Shown here piece by piece: positions 45,113-57,944 of a stretch of 64,000 bases of DNA. Under the pieces are notes generated by a model that had not been told where the DNA came from, did no database searches, and was given only the letters and a program-made list of their open reading frames with translations. A program made the translations under genes and the position numbers. Positions within the stretch are counted from its first letter, which is position 1. Every line of letters begins with the position of its first letter. The stretch comes from Mycobacterium sp. Its GTDB lineage: Bacteria; Actinomycetota; Actinomycetes; Mycobacteriales; Mycobacteriaceae. The stretch lies in contig NZ_DATFYW010000205.1 in NCBI RefSeq assembly GCF_035314905.1, positions 23,949 through 87,948 of the forward strand, read 5' to 3'.

Positions 45113-47405
45113 CGCGTCTCTCCAACAACGCCACGGGCAGCTCGGCGAACAAGTCCATCGCCTCGACGCCGTGAGTCCATCGCCGCCCGGTCAACTTGTC
45201 CGTCCACACGCCTTCAGGCAGCGCAAGAACCGTGTCCCCCCATCCTGTTTCGGCCAGTCGCACGGTCCAGCGGCTGACCGCGACCAGCACGTCGTCACCG
45301 CGGGTGAACGCGACAACATGCTCGCGTGCAGAACCGCCGGCCAGCACCGGCGTGTGAGACCCGAACAGGAAATCGTCGGGACGGTGACGCCGTAGCCGCA
45401 GCGCTGCCGCAGTCACCCGGATCTTCGGGTGCTCCAGGGATGCCAGGGCGGCCCGCCGGGCCGCATAGTCGACGGGTCGGCGGTTGTCCGGGTCGACGAG
45501 GCTGTCCTCCCACAGTTCGGTGCCCTGATAGACGTCCGGCACCCCCGGGCCGGTGAGCTGCAACAGCTTCTGACCCAGCGCGTCGTTGCGGCCGTGCCGG
45601 TCGAGCTGGGCGACCAGGCCGGTCAGCTCCCCGGCGACGTCGCCGTCGAGCACGGTGTCGATCCAATCGTGGACGGCCGACTCGAACTTCGTGTCGGGAT
45701 CGTTCCACGACGTGTGCGTGCCGGCCTCCCTGATCGCCTTCTCCGCGTAGCCGTGCAGCCGGTCCCTCAGCTCCTGCGTCACGGCGCCGTCGGCGGGCCA
45801 GATTCCGAAGATGTTCTGCCACAGGAAAAGCCCGGTCACCGGGTCGGGGGAGGGCGCCCGCTGTTCCCACCCGCCGACCAGCCGAGCCCACAGCGCGGGC
45901 ACCTGCGAGAGCACGCCGATGCGGGCGCGGACGTCCTCCCCGCGTTTGGTGTCGTGCGTGGACAGCGTGGTCATCGCACGCGGCCACATCCGGGCGCGCG
46001 CGGCCGCGCGGTGGTGGTACTCGGCCGCGCTGATCCCGAAGCGCTGCGGATCGCCGCCGACCTCGTTCAGCGACACCAGCCGGGCATCGCGGTAGAACAG
46101 GCAGTCCTCCATCGACTTCGCGGTCGCGGCGCCGCACAGCTGTTGCAACCGCACGGAACTTTCTGCTGTTCGCGCAAGCGCCGCGGCAACGATCTGCAAC
46201 GGATCGGCCAGCTCCGGCGCGTCGGACACGGTGTCGGCCAGTGCACTCGGCAGCACCGCCGACAGCGTCGGGTAGTCGGAGCGGTACACCCCGATGTGGC
46301 TGATCAACGCGACCAGGGCCTCGGCCAGCTGCGCGTGCCCGGCGTTTGTCGCGGCCGAGATCGTCCTGCGCACCCGACGCAGTTCGCTGGCGAGCGTGTC
46401 GGTCACGACAGCGGCCTTGAGGTCCCGCGCCAGATCCGGCATGGTCGCGTAGTCGATGCCCGTGGACGAGAACAGCTCGGTCAGTTGCGCCTCGCCCCCA
46501 GGGTCGACGAACACCCCACCCGCCTCACGCAGCGCGTCGTATCCTGTCGTGCCGGCCACCGGCAGCGTCAGGTCCAGTGCCTCGTCGACGGCGAGTATCT
46601 TCTCGATCACGATCCACGCCCGCGGGCCGGTGAGCTCCCGCAGCCACGCCAAGTACCCGACGGGGTCGGACAAGCCGTCGGGGTGGTCGACCCGCACCCC
46701 GTCGACCAGCCCTTCGGTGAACCAGCGCCGCACCTCGGCGTGGCCGACATCGAACACCTCGCGATCTTCCTGACGCAGCCCTGCCAGGGACGTGATCGCA
46801 AAGAACCGCCGATACCCGCACAGACCGCGACGCCAGCCGATCAGGCGGTAGTGCTGGCGGTCGTGCACGTCGGGACCGCTTCCGTTGCCGGTTCCCGGCG
46901 CGATCGGAAAGGCAAGATCGCCGAGCCGCAGCAGGTCGCCGTCGACGGTGAGGTCGGCGACGTCGTCGTCGGATCCCAGCACGGGCAGCGCCAGCTTGCC
47001 GCCGACGCCATTATCAGACGACCAGTCGATGTCGAAGAACCGCGCGTACGCCGAGTCGCTGCCATGCTTCAGCACGTCCCACCACCACGGGTTCTGCGCG
47101 GGTTCGTCGACCCCGACGTGGTTGGGCACGATGTCTACGACCAGCCCCATGCCGCGCGCCCTGGCCGCCGCGGAGAGCCGCGCCAGCCCGTCGGCGCCCC
47201 CGAGTTCGCCGGACACCGTCGTCGGGTCGGTGACGTCGTAGCCGTGCGTCGATCCGGAGACCGCGGTGAGAATCGGCGACAGGTAGACGTGGGAGACGCC
47301 CAGGTCATCGAGATAGTCCAGCAGTTTCTCGGCGTCGGCAAACGTAAACGCGTCCCCCCGCAGCTGCAGCCGGTAGGTGGAAACCACCGGGTGTTGCGGC
47401 GTCAC
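45105..47405 (-). CDS. treY: Malto-oligosyltrehalose synthase
   Basis: STYRLQ, STHGYDVTD, DIVPNH, RVDHPDGL, STHDTKRGEDVRAR, SLVDPDNRRPVDY. Confidence 0.95.
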   Translation of the reverse strand: MTPQHPVVSTYRLQLRGDAFTFADAEKLLDYLDDLGVSHVYLSPILTAVSGSTHGYDVTDPTTVSGELGGADGLARLSAAARARGMGLVVDIVPNHVGVDEPAQNPWWWDVLKHGSDSAYARFFDIDWSSDNGVGGKLALPVLGSDDDVADLTVDGDLLRLGDLAFPIAPGTGNGSGPDVHDRQHYRLIGWRRGLCGYRRFFAITSLAGLRQEDREVFDVGHAEVRRWFTEGLVDGVRVDHPDGLSDPVGYLAWLRELTGPRAWIVIEKILAVDEALDLTLPVAGTTGYDALREAGGVFVDPGGEAQLTELFSSTGIDYATMPDLARDLKAAVVTDTLASELRRVRRTISAATNAGHAQLAEALVALISHIGVYRSDYPTLSAVLPSALADTVSDAPELADPLQIVAAALARTAESSVRLQQLCGAATAKSMEDCLFYRDARLVSLNEVGGDPQRFGISAAEYHHRAAARARMWPRAMTTLSTHDTKRGEDVRARIGVLSQVPALWARLVGGWEQRAPSPDPVTGLFLWQNIFGIWPADGAVTQELRDRLHGYAEKAIREAGTHTSWNDPDTKFESAVHDWIDTVLDGDVAGELTGLVAQLDRHGRNDALGQKLLQLTGPGVPDVYQGTELWEDSLVDPDNRRPVDYAARRAALASLEHPKIRVTAAALRLRRHRPDDFLFGSHTPVLAGGSAREHVVAFTRGDDVLVAVSRWTVRLAETGWGDTVLALPEGVWTDKLTGRRWTHGVEAMDLFAELPVALLERRDA

Positions 47406-49570
47406 GCTGCTCTGCGCAGCACGATCACCGAACGGCCCACGAGCGAGATCTTCTCGCCGGCCATGACCACCAGCGACGTGGCGCCCACCGGGTCGGCGGT
47501 GTCCAGGCACGCCGACCACTGTTTGCCGTAAATGCCCTCTGGAACCACGAAATCCAGCTGCTCGTCGTGGCCGTTGAAGCACAGCAGGAACGAGTCGTCG
47601 ACGACCGGGAAGCCGCGCGCATCGGGTTCGGGGATGGCCTCACCGTTGAGGAACACCGTGAGGCTCTTGCCGAACCCGCTGCCCCAGTCCTGCGGCGTCA
47701 TCTCCTGGCCCGCCGGCGCGAGCCACGCGATGTCGCGCACCTGCGCGCCGGTGCGGATCGGTGTGCCCGCGAAGAAGCGCCGACGCCGCAGCACCGGGTG
47801 ATCCCTGCGCAGCCGGGTGACCTTTCTGGTGAACTCGAGCAGGTCGGCGTTCTTCTCTGCCAGCGACCAGTCCATCCACGACAGCTTTGAGTCCTGGCAG
47901 TAGACGTTGTTGTTGCCGAGCTGGGTGCGTGCCATCTCGTCGCCGTGCGCGATCATCGCGGTGCCCTGGGACAGCATCAGCGTGGCCATGAAGTTGCGCA
48001 TCTGCCGGTAGCGCAGCTTGAGGACCTCCGGGTCGTCGGTCGGACCCTCCACCCCGCAGTTCCAGGAGCGGTTGTGGCTCTCGCCGTCGCGGTTGCCCTC
48101 GCCGTTGGCCTCATTGTGTTTCTCGTTGTAGGAGACCAGATCGTTGATGGTGAAGCCGTCGTGGGCGGTGACGAAGTTGATGCTGGCGCTCGGCCGGCGG
48201 CCGGTGGCCTCGTACAGGTCGGACGAGCCGGTGAGCCGCGACGCGAACTCGCCGAGCGTTGCCGGCTCGCCTCGCCAGTAGTCGCGGACGGTGTCGCGAA
48301 ACTTGCCGTTCCATTCGGTCCACAGGCCGGGGAAGTTGCCGACCTGGTAGCCGCCCTCGCCGACGTCCCACGGCTCGGCGATCAGCTTGACCTGGCTGAC
48401 CACCGGGTCCTGCTGCACCAGGTCGAAGAACGCCGACAGCCGGTCGACGTCATGCAGTTCGCGGGCCAGCGTGGCGGCCAGGTCGAACCGGAACCCGTCG
48501 ACATGCATCTCCAGCACCCAGTAACGCAGCGAGTCCATGATCAGCTGCAGCGTGTGCGGGTGGCGGGCGTTGAGGCTGTTGCCGGTGCCTGTGTAGTCCT
48601 TGTAGTAGCGCAAATCCCCGTCGACCAGCCGGTAGTAGGCGGCATTGTCGATGCCGCGGAAGTTGATGGTGGGCCCGAGCTGATTGCCCTCTGCGGTGTG
48701 GTTGTAAACCACGTCGAGGATCACCTCGATACCGGCCTCGTGGAAGGTGCGGACCATCGTCTTGAACTCGGCCACCGCGCCACCCGCGTGCCGGACAGAT
48801 GCGTACTGGTTGTGCGGGGCGAAGTAACCGAACGTGTTGTAGCCCCAGTAGTTGCGCAACCCCAGCTCGAGAAGGCGGTGGTCGTGCATGAACTGGTGCA
48901 CCGGCATCAGCTCGATCGCGGTGACGTTGAGCGACCTGAGGTGGTCGATGATCGCCGGGTGGGACAACCCCGCGTAGGTGCCTCGCAGCTCTTCCGGAAT
49001 ACCCGGATGCGTCTGCGTCATGCCCTTGACGTGGGCCTCGTAGAGGATCGTCTCGTGGTACGGGGTCCGCGGCGACCGGTCGGAGGCCCAGTCGAAGAAC
49101 GGGTTCACCACCACACTGGTCATCGTGTGCCCGAGCGAGTCGATGCCCGGTGGCGGTCCGGACGCGGACTCGTCGTGTTTGGTGGTGTCGTAGGAGTACA
49201 GCGCGGGGCCGTAGTCGAAATCCCCCCAGTAAGCCTTGCCATACGGGTCGAGCAGCAGCTTGCTGGGATCGCAGCGATGTCCCGCAGCCGGATCCCACGC
49301 ACCGTACACCCGGAAGCCGTAACGTTGCCCGGGCGTCACGGTCGGCAGGTAGGCATGCCAGACGAAGCCGTCGACCTCGTCGAGGCGAATCCGGTCCTCG
49401 GAACCGTCCCGGTCGATCAGGCACAGTTCGACTTTGTCCGCGACCTCCGAGAACAGCGAGAAGTTCGTGCCCGCGCCGTCATAGGTGGCGCCGAGCGGAT
49501 ACGGCGTTCCCGGCCAGACCGTCGCAAGGATCGGTCCGGTATCGACGGCTGGTTCGAGCGAAGACATCAT
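47402..49570 (-). CDS. treX: Glycogen debranching enzyme
   Basis: PLGATYDGAGTNF, NYWGYNT, DVVYNHTAEG, GFRFDLA, AEPWD, AHDGFT. Confidence 0.95.
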   Translation of the reverse strand: MMSSLEPAVDTGPILATVWPGTPYPLGATYDGAGTNFSLFSEVADKVELCLIDRDGSEDRIRLDEVDGFVWHAYLPTVTPGQRYGFRVYGAWDPAAGHRCDPSKLLLDPYGKAYWGDFDYGPALYSYDTTKHDESASGPPPGIDSLGHTMTSVVVNPFFDWASDRSPRTPYHETILYEAHVKGMTQTHPGIPEELRGTYAGLSHPAIIDHLRSLNVTAIELMPVHQFMHDHRLLELGLRNYWGYNTFGYFAPHNQYASVRHAGGAVAEFKTMVRTFHEAGIEVILDVVYNHTAEGNQLGPTINFRGIDNAAYYRLVDGDLRYYKDYTGTGNSLNARHPHTLQLIMDSLRYWVLEMHVDGFRFDLAATLARELHDVDRLSAFFDLVQQDPVVSQVKLIAEPWDVGEGGYQVGNFPGLWTEWNGKFRDTVRDYWRGEPATLGEFASRLTGSSDLYEATGRRPSASINFVTAHDGFTINDLVSYNEKHNEANGEGNRDGESHNRSWNCGVEGPTDDPEVLKLRYRQMRNFMATLMLSQGTAMIAHGDEMARTQLGNNNVYCQDSKLSWMDWSLAEKNADLLEFTRKVTRLRRDHPVLRRRRFFAGTPIRTGAQVRDIAWLAPAGQEMTPQDWGSGFGKSLTVFLNGEAIPEPDARGFPVVDDSFLLCFNGHDEQLDFVVPEGIYGKQWSACLDTADPVGATSLVVMAGEKISLVGRSVIVLRRAA

Positions 49571-49608
49571 TCGACCCTATCGGCGCCAGGGATCGGCTGC
49601 GCGGCGTG

Positions 49609-51777
49609 TCACCACCAGCCGGTGGCCCCGCCGATCTGGCGTCCCAGCTCGGCGGTCATGGTTCGGACATAGGTGGCCGATAGGTGATGAGAGTCGTGAT
49701 ACACCAACACGTTTCCCTCGACGGCGCGGCAGACGTCCTTGCGGCACAGCGCATCCGTCATATCCAGCGGCTTGAGCAGCGGAAACTCCGCCACGAAGTC
49801 GAGGGTCGGGTTGCGCTCGTCGAGCACGTCGGAGCGCTTCATCCCGCACGAGCTCGGATTCCCTCCGTCGGCAAGGCAGTCGGCGGGCTCGAACGGTCCG
49901 CCCTCCTTGACCATCCATGGCGTGTCCCTGATACCGAGTATGCCGATGTTGTTGTCGGACAAGATCTGCCAGATGCCGATGTAGCTCGCGGGCATCAGGT
50001 CACCGTGCTCGGCGCGCCGGGGGCGGGTGCTGTTGGTGAAGACGTAGTCGGGACGGTCGGCGACGAGTTTGGCCATCACCTTGTCCACCCACTCGCGGCA
50101 CTGCGGGTAGGGAATGTTGCCGCCAACGATCAGCGGGACCGGCTCCGTGGACAGCGGACAACCCATCTTCAGGTACGTCACGACGCGGAAGTGGTGCAGC
50201 CTGCCGAGCAGATCCAGTGCGGTGATCCAGTGCTCGGCGTGCGAGCCGCCTGCCAGTGCGATCGTCCGGACGGCGGACCTGTCCCCGTAGGTGCAGTTGA
50301 TCAGCGCCGGGTTGAGGAAGTCGCTGATGCAGCCGTCCATCGTGGTCTCGGGCAGATCCTTCTTGGCCTCGAGCACCGTCGGCCGCATCGGCAGCTTGGG
50401 CACCCTCACGTGGTTGATCAACGCGCGCGCGCCGGGATAGTCGGCGGCCGACAGCCCGGCCAGTTCCCTGCCGTTGGCGCGCTGCACCGTGACATGCTCG
50501 CGCCAGGTGAACGACGTGGCCGTCAACGTCACCCCGAGCAGCGCCACCACGGAGCCGAGCACGATCGTCGGGCGGCGGAACCGCACCCGCAGCGGCACCG
50601 GGTTGGGTCGCGCGTCAGCCGCGGCGGCCCGATAGCGCAGCGGGTTCTCGACGTACCTGGTGGTCACGTATGCCAGCGCGCCGGACACCAGCAGCACGCC
50701 CGCCCCGTCAACGAAACCTGCGCTCCGGTGTCCGCTGTAGGCAAGCCAGAAAATCAGCAGCGGCCAGTGCCACAGGTAAAGCGAATAGGCCATCGCGCCG
50801 AGTGTGACCAGCGGCGCCGCCGCCAGCACACGGTTCGGAACCGGCATCCGGTCGCGGGTGGCCGGATCGGCTTGCCGGTTTGCTGCGGCGAGGATCATCA
50901 AGACCGTCGCACCGACGGGGACCAACGCGCACGGGCCGGGGAACTCCTTGACGCCGTCGATGAGCGCGCCGCACGACAGGACCGCCGCCAGTGCGACGGT
51001 CGCAGCGGCGGTCCGCAGCCACATCGGCCACCGGACGTAGGGCACCAGCGCGCCGACGAGCGCGCCCAACATCAGCTCCCACGCCCGGGCGAAGCTGTTG
51101 TAGTAGGCGGTGGACTGGTTGGCCGCGTGCGCAGAGACCGCGAACACGAACGACCCGACCGTCAGCGACGTCAGCAGGATCACGAGCGAAACCCGAAGGT
51201 ATTTGCCGAGAACGCGGCGGAACACCAGAGTGAACGAGAAGACCAGCGCCAGGAACGCGACGTAGAACTGACCCTGCACCGACATCGACCAGATGTGCTG
51301 CAGCGGGCTGACCGCCTCACCGGCGCGCAGATAGTTCGACGCGGTGCTCGCCAACTCCCAGTTCTGGTAGTAGCCGAGGCTCGCCAGGCTTTGGTCAGCA
51401 AACGTCTCCCAGCGCGTCTGCGGCTGGACCAGGATGGTCAGCAGGGCCGACCCGGCAAGCACGACGACGAGCGCCGGAAGCAACCGGCGGACCAAACGCC
51501 TGAGCTCGGGAATCGGCGAAAGCGACGAGTTCGGCGTCAGCGCAGTGCGCAACACCGAGCCGCCGAAGAAGAAGCCGGACAGCACCAGAAAGACGTCTAC
51601 ACCACCCGAGACGCGGCCAAACCAGACGTGGAACATCGCGACGAGCGCGATCGCCACACCCCGCAGGCCGTCCAGGTCGTGCCGGTAGAACCCCGCCCTC
51701 CGAGTGCCCGTCCCGGGGGTGAGCACAGCCGCCGGGACGGTTGCCGACACCGGCCGGGAGGGAGACAGGGTGATCAT
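49609..51777 (-). CDS. Acyltransferase-3 family membrane protein with SGNH domain (Rv1565c-like)
   Basis: [44 protein letters not shown]. Confidence 0.92.
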   Translation of the reverse strand: MITLSPSRPVSATVPAAVLTPGTGTRRAGFYRHDLDGLRGVAIALVAMFHVWFGRVSGGVDVFLVLSGFFFGGSVLRTALTPNSSLSPIPELRRLVRRLLPALVVVLAGSALLTILVQPQTRWETFADQSLASLGYYQNWELASTASNYLRAGEAVSPLQHIWSMSVQGQFYVAFLALVFSFTLVFRRVLGKYLRVSLVILLTSLTVGSFVFAVSAHAANQSTAYYNSFARAWELMLGALVGALVPYVRWPMWLRTAAATVALAAVLSCGALIDGVKEFPGPCALVPVGATVLMILAAANRQADPATRDRMPVPNRVLAAAPLVTLGAMAYSLYLWHWPLLIFWLAYSGHRSAGFVDGAGVLLVSGALAYVTTRYVENPLRYRAAAADARPNPVPLRVRFRRPTIVLGSVVALLGVTLTATSFTWREHVTVQRANGRELAGLSAADYPGARALINHVRVPKLPMRPTVLEAKKDLPETTMDGCISDFLNPALINCTYGDRSAVRTIALAGGSHAEHWITALDLLGRLHHFRVVTYLKMGCPLSTEPVPLIVGGNIPYPQCREWVDKVMAKLVADRPDYVFTNSTRPRRAEHGDLMPASYIGIWQILSDNNIGILGIRDTPWMVKEGGPFEPADCLADGGNPSSCGMKRSDVLDERNPTLDFVAEFPLLKPLDMTDALCRKDVCRAVEGNVLVYHDSHHLSATYVRTMTAELGRQIGGATGWW

Positions 51778-51893
51778 GGTCGACGATCAATCTACCCAAG
51801 CAGGGGCCCACGCTCATGCCACAGTCCCAGGGCGCGCGGCGGCGAGCAAAGCCAAACGGGTGGACGCCGTGGCCTCGGTTAGGCTCGTTCTCC

Positions 51894-53198
51894 GTGCCCG
51901 CGTTGACACCCGAGGAGATCAGCGCGATCGACGCCGCGCACATCTGGCATCCGTACAGCCCGATCGGCGCCGGAGTGTGGAAGCCGCTGGTCGCCGTCGG
52001 CGCCCGAGGTGCCCGGATCACAGTCATCCGCCACGGGCGTCGCGTCGAGGTCCTCGACGGGATGAGCTCGTGGTGGACCGCGATCCACGGGCACGGCCAC
52101 CCGGTGCTCGACGCGGCGATCACCGCACAGCTGTCGAGAATGAACCACGTGATGTTCGGCGGGCTCACCCACGAGCCCGCGGCGAGGCTGGCGCAACTGC
52201 TGGTCGAGGTCACCCCCGACGGCCTCGACACCGTGTTCTTCTCCGACTCCGGCTCGGTGTCAGTCGAGGTCGCCATCAAGACGGCTCTGCAGTACTGGCG
52301 GAGCCTGGGACGGCCGGCCAAACACCGGCTGATGACCTGGCGCGGCGGATACCACGGCGACACCTTCACCCCGATGAGCGTCTGCGACCCGGACGGCGGC
52401 ATGCACTCGCTGTGGACCGACGTGCTCACCCCGCAGGTGTTCGCGCCGCAGGTGCCCGCCGACTACGACCCCTGCTACAGCGCCGCGTTCGAGGAGCAGC
52501 TGGCCGGGCACGCCCACGAGCTGGCCGCGGTGATCGTCGAGCCTGTCGTGCAGGGCGCCGGCGGGATGCGCTTTCACGATCCGCGCTACCTCTTCGACCT
52601 GCGCGCAGCGTGCTGCCGTCACGACGTGCTGCTGATCTTCGACGAGATCGCGACCGGCTTCGGCCGGACCGGTGAGCTGTTCGCCGCCGACCACGCCGGC
52701 GTCGCGCCCGACGTCATGTGCGTCGGAAAGGCTCTGACCGGTGGCTACCTCACACTGGCCGCGACCCTGTGCACCCGCGAGATCGCCGACACGATCAGCT
52801 CCCACGAGCCCGGTGCGCTGATGCACGGGCCGACGTTCATGGCCAACGCGCTGGCGTGCGCGGTGTCGGTGGCCTCCGTCGAGCTACTGCTCGGCCAGGA
52901 CTGGCGGACCCGGGTGTGCGAGATCGAAGCCGGTTTGCGGTCCGGCCTGAAACCGGCGGCGGGGCTGCCCGGCGTCGCCGACGTGCGGATCCGCGGGGCA
53001 GTCGGGGTGGTCGAGATGCGCCAGCCGGTACATCTGGCGCAGGCGACCGCGGCGGCACTGGATCGCGGAGTCTGGCTGCGGCCGTTCCGCAACCTGATCT
53101 ACGCGATGCCGCCGTACATCTGCACGCCCGACGAGATCGAGCGGGTCACCTCCGCGATGGTCGCGGCCGCCGCCGCGGTGGGCGAAGCCTTAGGGTAG
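51894..53198 (+). CDS. bioA: Adenosylmethionine-8-amino-7-oxononanoate aminotransferase
   Basis: [37 protein letters not shown]; start GTG 51894 (after TAGGCT) or ATG 51816. Confidence 0.95.
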   Translation: MPALTPEEISAIDAAHIWHPYSPIGAGVWKPLVAVGARGARITVIRHGRRVEVLDGMSSWWTAIHGHGHPVLDAAITAQLSRMNHVMFGGLTHEPAARLAQLLVEVTPDGLDTVFFSDSGSVSVEVAIKTALQYWRSLGRPAKHRLMTWRGGYHGDTFTPMSVCDPDGGMHSLWTDVLTPQVFAPQVPADYDPCYSAAFEEQLAGHAHELAAVIVEPVVQGAGGMRFHDPRYLFDLRAACCRHDVLLIFDEIATGFGRTGELFAADHAGVAPDVMCVGKALTGGYLTLAATLCTREIADTISSHEPGALMHGPTFMANALACAVSVASVELLLGQDWRTRVCEIEAGLRSGLKPAAGLPGVADVRIRGAVGVVEMRQPVHLAQATAAALDRGVWLRPFRNLIYAMPPYICTPDEIERVTSAMVAAAAAVGEALG

Positions 53199-53204
53199 AG
53201 CGAG

Positions 53205-54356
53205 ATGACAAGGGCCGGGACCGACATGTCACCGCTGGCGTGGCTCGACGACGTCGAGCAGCAGCGGCGCCGGACCGGGCTGCGCCGGTCGCTGCGGACG
53301 CGATCGCCCGTCGGTGCCGAGGTGGACCTCGCCTCCAACGATTACCTGGGGCTGTCGCAGCATCCCGCCGTGATCGACGGTGGCGTGCAGGCGTTGCGGA
53401 CGTGGGGCGCGGGGTCGACGGGCTCCCGGCTGGTGACCGGCAACACCGAGTTGCATGAGGAGTTCGAGTCCGCGCTGGCCGCTTTCGTCGGCGCGGAGGC
53501 GGGTCTGGTCTTCTCGTCGGGGTACACCGCGAACCTGGCCGCGGTGGTGGGGCTGACCGGCCCGCGCGCGCTGCTGGTCTCCGACGCGCGCAGCCACGCG
53601 TCCCTCGTCGACGCCTGCCGGCTGTCGCGGGCCCGGGTCGTGGTCAGCCCGCACCGCGACGTCGGCGCGGTCCGGGCCGCACTCGCCGACCGGACCGAGG
53701 AACGCGCGGTCGTCGTCACCGACTCGGTGTTCAGCGCCGATGGCGTGTTGGCCCAGCTGCCGCGGCTCTACGACGCGTGCCGCGAGCACGGCGCGCTGCT
53801 GGTCGTCGACGAGGCGCACGGGCTCGGCGTTCGAGGCGGCGGCCGAGGCCTCCTGCAGGAGGTCGGGCTGGCCGGCGCGCCGGACATCGTGATGACGACG
53901 ACGCTGTCGAAGGCGCTGGGCAGTCAGGGCGGCGCGGTCCTCGGGCCCGTCGCGGTGCGCGACCACCTGATTGACGCCGGCCGGCCGTTCATCTTCGACA
54001 CGGGCCTTGCGCCCGCGGCGCTCGGCGCCGCGCTGGCCGCGCTGCGCATTCTGATCGACCGGCCGGACCTGCCGCAGGCCGTGCTGCGCAACGCCGCCGA
54101 CCTGGCCCGCACGTGCGGTGTGGCCGACACCCCCGAGTCGGCCGTGGTTTCGGTGATCCTCGGCGAGCCGGAGGTGACCGTCGCCGCCGCCGCCGCGTGC
54201 CTCGACCGCGGCGTGCGGGTGGGGTGCTTCCGGCCACCGTCGGTGCCGCCGGGCACGTCGCGGTTGCGGCTGACCGCGCGGGCGTCGCTGACGGACGACG
54301 AACTCCAGACCGCGCGCCGGGTGCTGACGGAAGTGCTCGCCGCGAACCGAACGTGA
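53205..54356 (+). CDS. bioF: 8-amino-7-oxononanoate synthase
   Basis: [33 protein letters not shown]. Confidence 0.95.
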   Translation: MTRAGTDMSPLAWLDDVEQQRRRTGLRRSLRTRSPVGAEVDLASNDYLGLSQHPAVIDGGVQALRTWGAGSTGSRLVTGNTELHEEFESALAAFVGAEAGLVFSSGYTANLAAVVGLTGPRALLVSDARSHASLVDACRLSRARVVVSPHRDVGAVRAALADRTEERAVVVTDSVFSADGVLAQLPRLYDACREHGALLVVDEAHGLGVRGGGRGLLQEVGLAGAPDIVMTTTLSKALGSQGGAVLGPVAVRDHLIDAGRPFIFDTGLAPAALGAALAALRILIDRPDLPQAVLRNAADLARTCGVADTPESAVVSVILGEPEVTVAAAAACLDRGVRVGCFRPPSVPPGTSRLRLTARASLTDDELQTARRVLTEVLAANRT

Positions 54357-55033
54357 GCGTGCTGGTGATCACCGGCACCGGCACCGGGGTCGGCAAGACC
54401 GTCGCCACCGCCGCACTGGCCAGCAGGGCGCGGCAGGCAGGCATCGATGTCGCGGTGTGCAAGCCGGTGCAGACGGGCACCGCTGCAGGCGACGACGACC
54501 TGGCCGAGGTCCGCCGGTTGTCCGGCGCGGACAACGTCGTCGGGTCGTGGCGCTATCCCGAGCCGCTGGCGCCGGTGGCCGCCGCACAGCTTTCGGCGGT
54601 GCCGCTGCCCAGTCGCGTGGAACTGGACGTGTTCGTGCGGGCTGTCGACCGCTCCCGCCAGTTGACGTTCGTGGAGGGCGCCGGAGGGCTTCTGGTGGAG
54701 CTCGGGTCCGACGGGACGACACTGCGTGAGTTGGCCATCGATCTTCACGCCCCGGTGCTGGTGGTGACGACGCCGGAGCTGGGCACGCTAAACCATACCG
54801 CGCTGACACTGGAAGCCCTTGCCAGGGAGGGTATTTCGTGTGCCGGACTGGTCATCGGCCGGTGGCCCGGGCAGCCCGGTGTCGTCGAGGAATCCAACCG
54901 CGAGGCGCTGGGTCGGCTGGCGCCGCTGCGGGCGGTGCTGCCGGCGGGGGCAAGCACGTTGAGCGCCGACGAGTTCGCGCGGATGAGCGCCGCCGAAGTC
55001 GACGCCGAGTGGCTGACGGGACTGGTCGCCTAG
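54353..55033 (+). CDS. bioD: Dethiobiotin synthetase
   Basis: [29 protein letters not shown]. Confidence 0.95.
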   Translation: MSVLVITGTGTGVGKTVATAALASRARQAGIDVAVCKPVQTGTAAGDDDLAEVRRLSGADNVVGSWRYPEPLAPVAAAQLSAVPLPSRVELDVFVRAVDRSRQLTFVEGAGGLLVELGSDGTTLRELAIDLHAPVLVVTTPELGTLNHTALTLEALAREGISCAGLVIGRWPGQPGVVEESNREALGRLAPLRAVLPAGASTLSADEFARMSAAEVDAEWLTGLVA

Positions 55034-55542
55034 TGGTTCACTCGGTCGAGCTGCTCCTCGACCCGGATACCGAGTCGACGACCCGCCGCGTGTGGGAGGC
55101 GCTATCGGAAGCGGGCCTGCGCAGCCCGGGGCAGGCGAGTCGGCCCCACGTGACTTTGGTTGTCGCCGAAGAGATCTCGACCGATGTCGATGAGCTGCTG
55201 TCACCGGTGACCCGGCAGTTGCCGTTGCGGTGCCTGATCGGCGCGCCGATGGTGTTCGGCGAGTCGCGATTCACGCTCGTGCGGCTCGTCGTGCCGACCG
55301 CGGCGCTGCTGGCACTTCAGGCCGAGGTGCACCGCATCTGCCTGCCCTACCTCGTGCCCGGCCCGGCGTCGAACACCCTTCCGGGGCAGTGGACCCCGCA
55401 CCTGACGATGGCACGCCGCGTTGACCCGCCGCAGCTGGCCCGTGCCGTGACGATCCGCAAGCTTGCCCGGGACGTCATCGCCAGCGTCGTAGGCCTCCGT
55501 CGCTGGGACGGCACAAACCGCATCGAATACGAAATCCCTTAA
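55033..55542 (+). CDS. 2H phosphoesterase (2'-5' RNA ligase-like)
   Basis: Two HxT motifs: RPHVTL and TPHLTM. Confidence 0.82.
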   Translation: MVHSVELLLDPDTESTTRRVWEALSEAGLRSPGQASRPHVTLVVAEEISTDVDELLSPVTRQLPLRCLIGAPMVFGESRFTLVRLVVPTAALLALQAEVHRICLPYLVPGPASNTLPGQWTPHLTMARRVDPPQLARAVTIRKLARDVIASVVGLRRWDGTNRIEYEIP

Positions 55543-56123
55543 CGGGAGATTTCGGCGCGGTGGGCCGCGATGCCGTGAACCAGCAGCCGCAGCCCGAACC
55601 CGAACCGGCCACCGGCGTCCGCCGACAGCACCGACTGCTCGTCGGCCAACGCCCCGGCGGCGTCCCACTGCAGGCGGGACTGCTCGTCGGCGGTGAACCC
55701 GAGCACGTAGTACACGAGCGTCCGGGCCGCGAGGTCCGCCTGTTCGGGCGCGACGCCGGCCGCGCCGGCCGCATCCGCCAGGCGAGACACGATCTGAACG
55801 GCGGCGCGCGACTGCCCGGCCGCGAAGCTGGCCGATACCAACTCGGCGCCGTCGGTATGCGACAGCAGGGCGTCCCGCAGCCGCGCGCCGATCACTTCGA
55901 CGCGCTGACGCCAGGCCGCGGTCGGCACGTCCGCGCACGCGGGTTGCAGAATCCGGTCGGCGACAGCGCCGAGTAGCTGCTGTTTGTTCGCGAAATGCCA
56001 GTACAGCGCCCCGGGGCTGACGTCGAGTTCGCGGGCCAGGCGGCGCATGGTCAGATCCGCGATGCCGTACTCGTCCAGCAGCGCCGTCGCCGCGTCGACA
56101 ACGTCCCGTTTGTGCAGCTGCAC
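55539..56123 (-). CDS. bioQ: TetR-family biotin repressor BioQ
   Basis: TetR HTH; divergent from bioB with a shared palindrome. Confidence 0.88.
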   Translation of the reverse strand: MQLHKRDVVDAATALLDEYGIADLTMRRLARELDVSPGALYWHFANKQQLLGAVADRILQPACADVPTAAWRQRVEVIGARLRDALLSHTDGAELVSASFAAGQSRAAVQIVSRLADAAGAAGVAPEQADLAARTLVYYVLGFTADEQSRLQWDAAGALADEQSVLSADAGGRFGFGLRLLVHGIAAHRAEISR

Positions 56124-56138
56124 GCCGCTACCCTAACC

Positions 56139-57173
<1,035 letters not shown>

Positions 57174-57183
57174 ACAGGTAGGC

Positions 57184-57375
57184 ATGTTCAACGTCTACAC
57201 CGGCGAACCCGACGGCACCGCGGTGCCCGCGGCGGCGCAGCTCGGGCTCGAGCCACCGCGGTTCTGCCCCGAGTGCGGCCGACGGATGTTGGTTCAGGTC
57301 CGACCCGACGGCTGGTGGGCGCAGTGCTCACGGCACGGCCGGGTGGACTCCAAGGATCTGGAGACGCGCCGATGA
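57184..57375 (+). CDS. bsaP: Biotin synthase auxiliary protein (Rv1590-like)
   Basis: [20 protein letters not shown]; immediately after bioB. Confidence 0.85.
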   Translation: MFNVYTGEPDGTAVPAAAQLGLEPPRFCPECGRRMLVQVRPDGWWAQCSRHGRVDSKDLETRR

Positions 57376-57944
57376 CGCGGGCAGTCGCGGTGGTGGTCGC
57401 CGGGTTCGCGGTCGCGGGCGCGCTGGTGGGCGGTGTCTGGGTGCTGGTGGCCCCGCCCGTGCACGGCGCGGTCGCGCTGAACAAGTCGGGCCAGCGGTTG
57501 CACGTCTACCTCGGCAACGAGGCCGACCACTTCTTCGTCTCGGCCGTGATGATGGTCGGCCTGCTGATCGCCGTCGCGGTCGTCGCGGCGGTCCTCGTGT
57601 GGCAGTGGCGAAAGCGCCGCGGTCCCGCCATGGTGGTTGCGCTGGTGCTCGGGGGCGCCGCCGCCGGTGCCGTCGCGACCGCCGTCGGCGCGGGACTGGC
57701 CCGGCTGCGCTACGGCGCGGTCAACGTCGCCGCCGCCCCGGTGTCGCCGCAACATCGCGTGCACTACGTCACCGAGGCTCCGACGGTGTTCTTCGGCCAC
57801 GCGCTGTTGCAGGTGCTGACGACACTGCTGCTGCCCGCCGCCGCCGGGGCCCTGGCCTACGCAACGATGGTGGCGGCATCGGCGCACGACGACCTCGGCG
57901 TCGGCGACGGCGCCGAACCGTCAGTCCCCCAGGCTGTTGGCTAG
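57372..57944 (+). CDS. Membrane protein, DUF2567/Rv1591-like
   Basis: Four TM helices, [18 protein letters not shown]. Confidence 0.8.
   Translation: MTRAVAVVVAGFAVAGALVGGVWVLVAPPVHGAVALNKSGQRLHVYLGNEADHFFVSAVMMVGLLIAVAVVAAVLVWQWRKRRGPAMVVALVLGGAAAGAVATAVGAGLARLRYGAVNVAAAPVSPQHRVHYVTEAPTVFFGHALLQVLTTLLLPAAAGALAYATMVAASAHDDLGVGDGAEPSVPQAVG

Noticed and set aside
49684-51882. 732-aa ORF on the + strand
   Set aside because: Antisense shadow of the acyltransferase gene.
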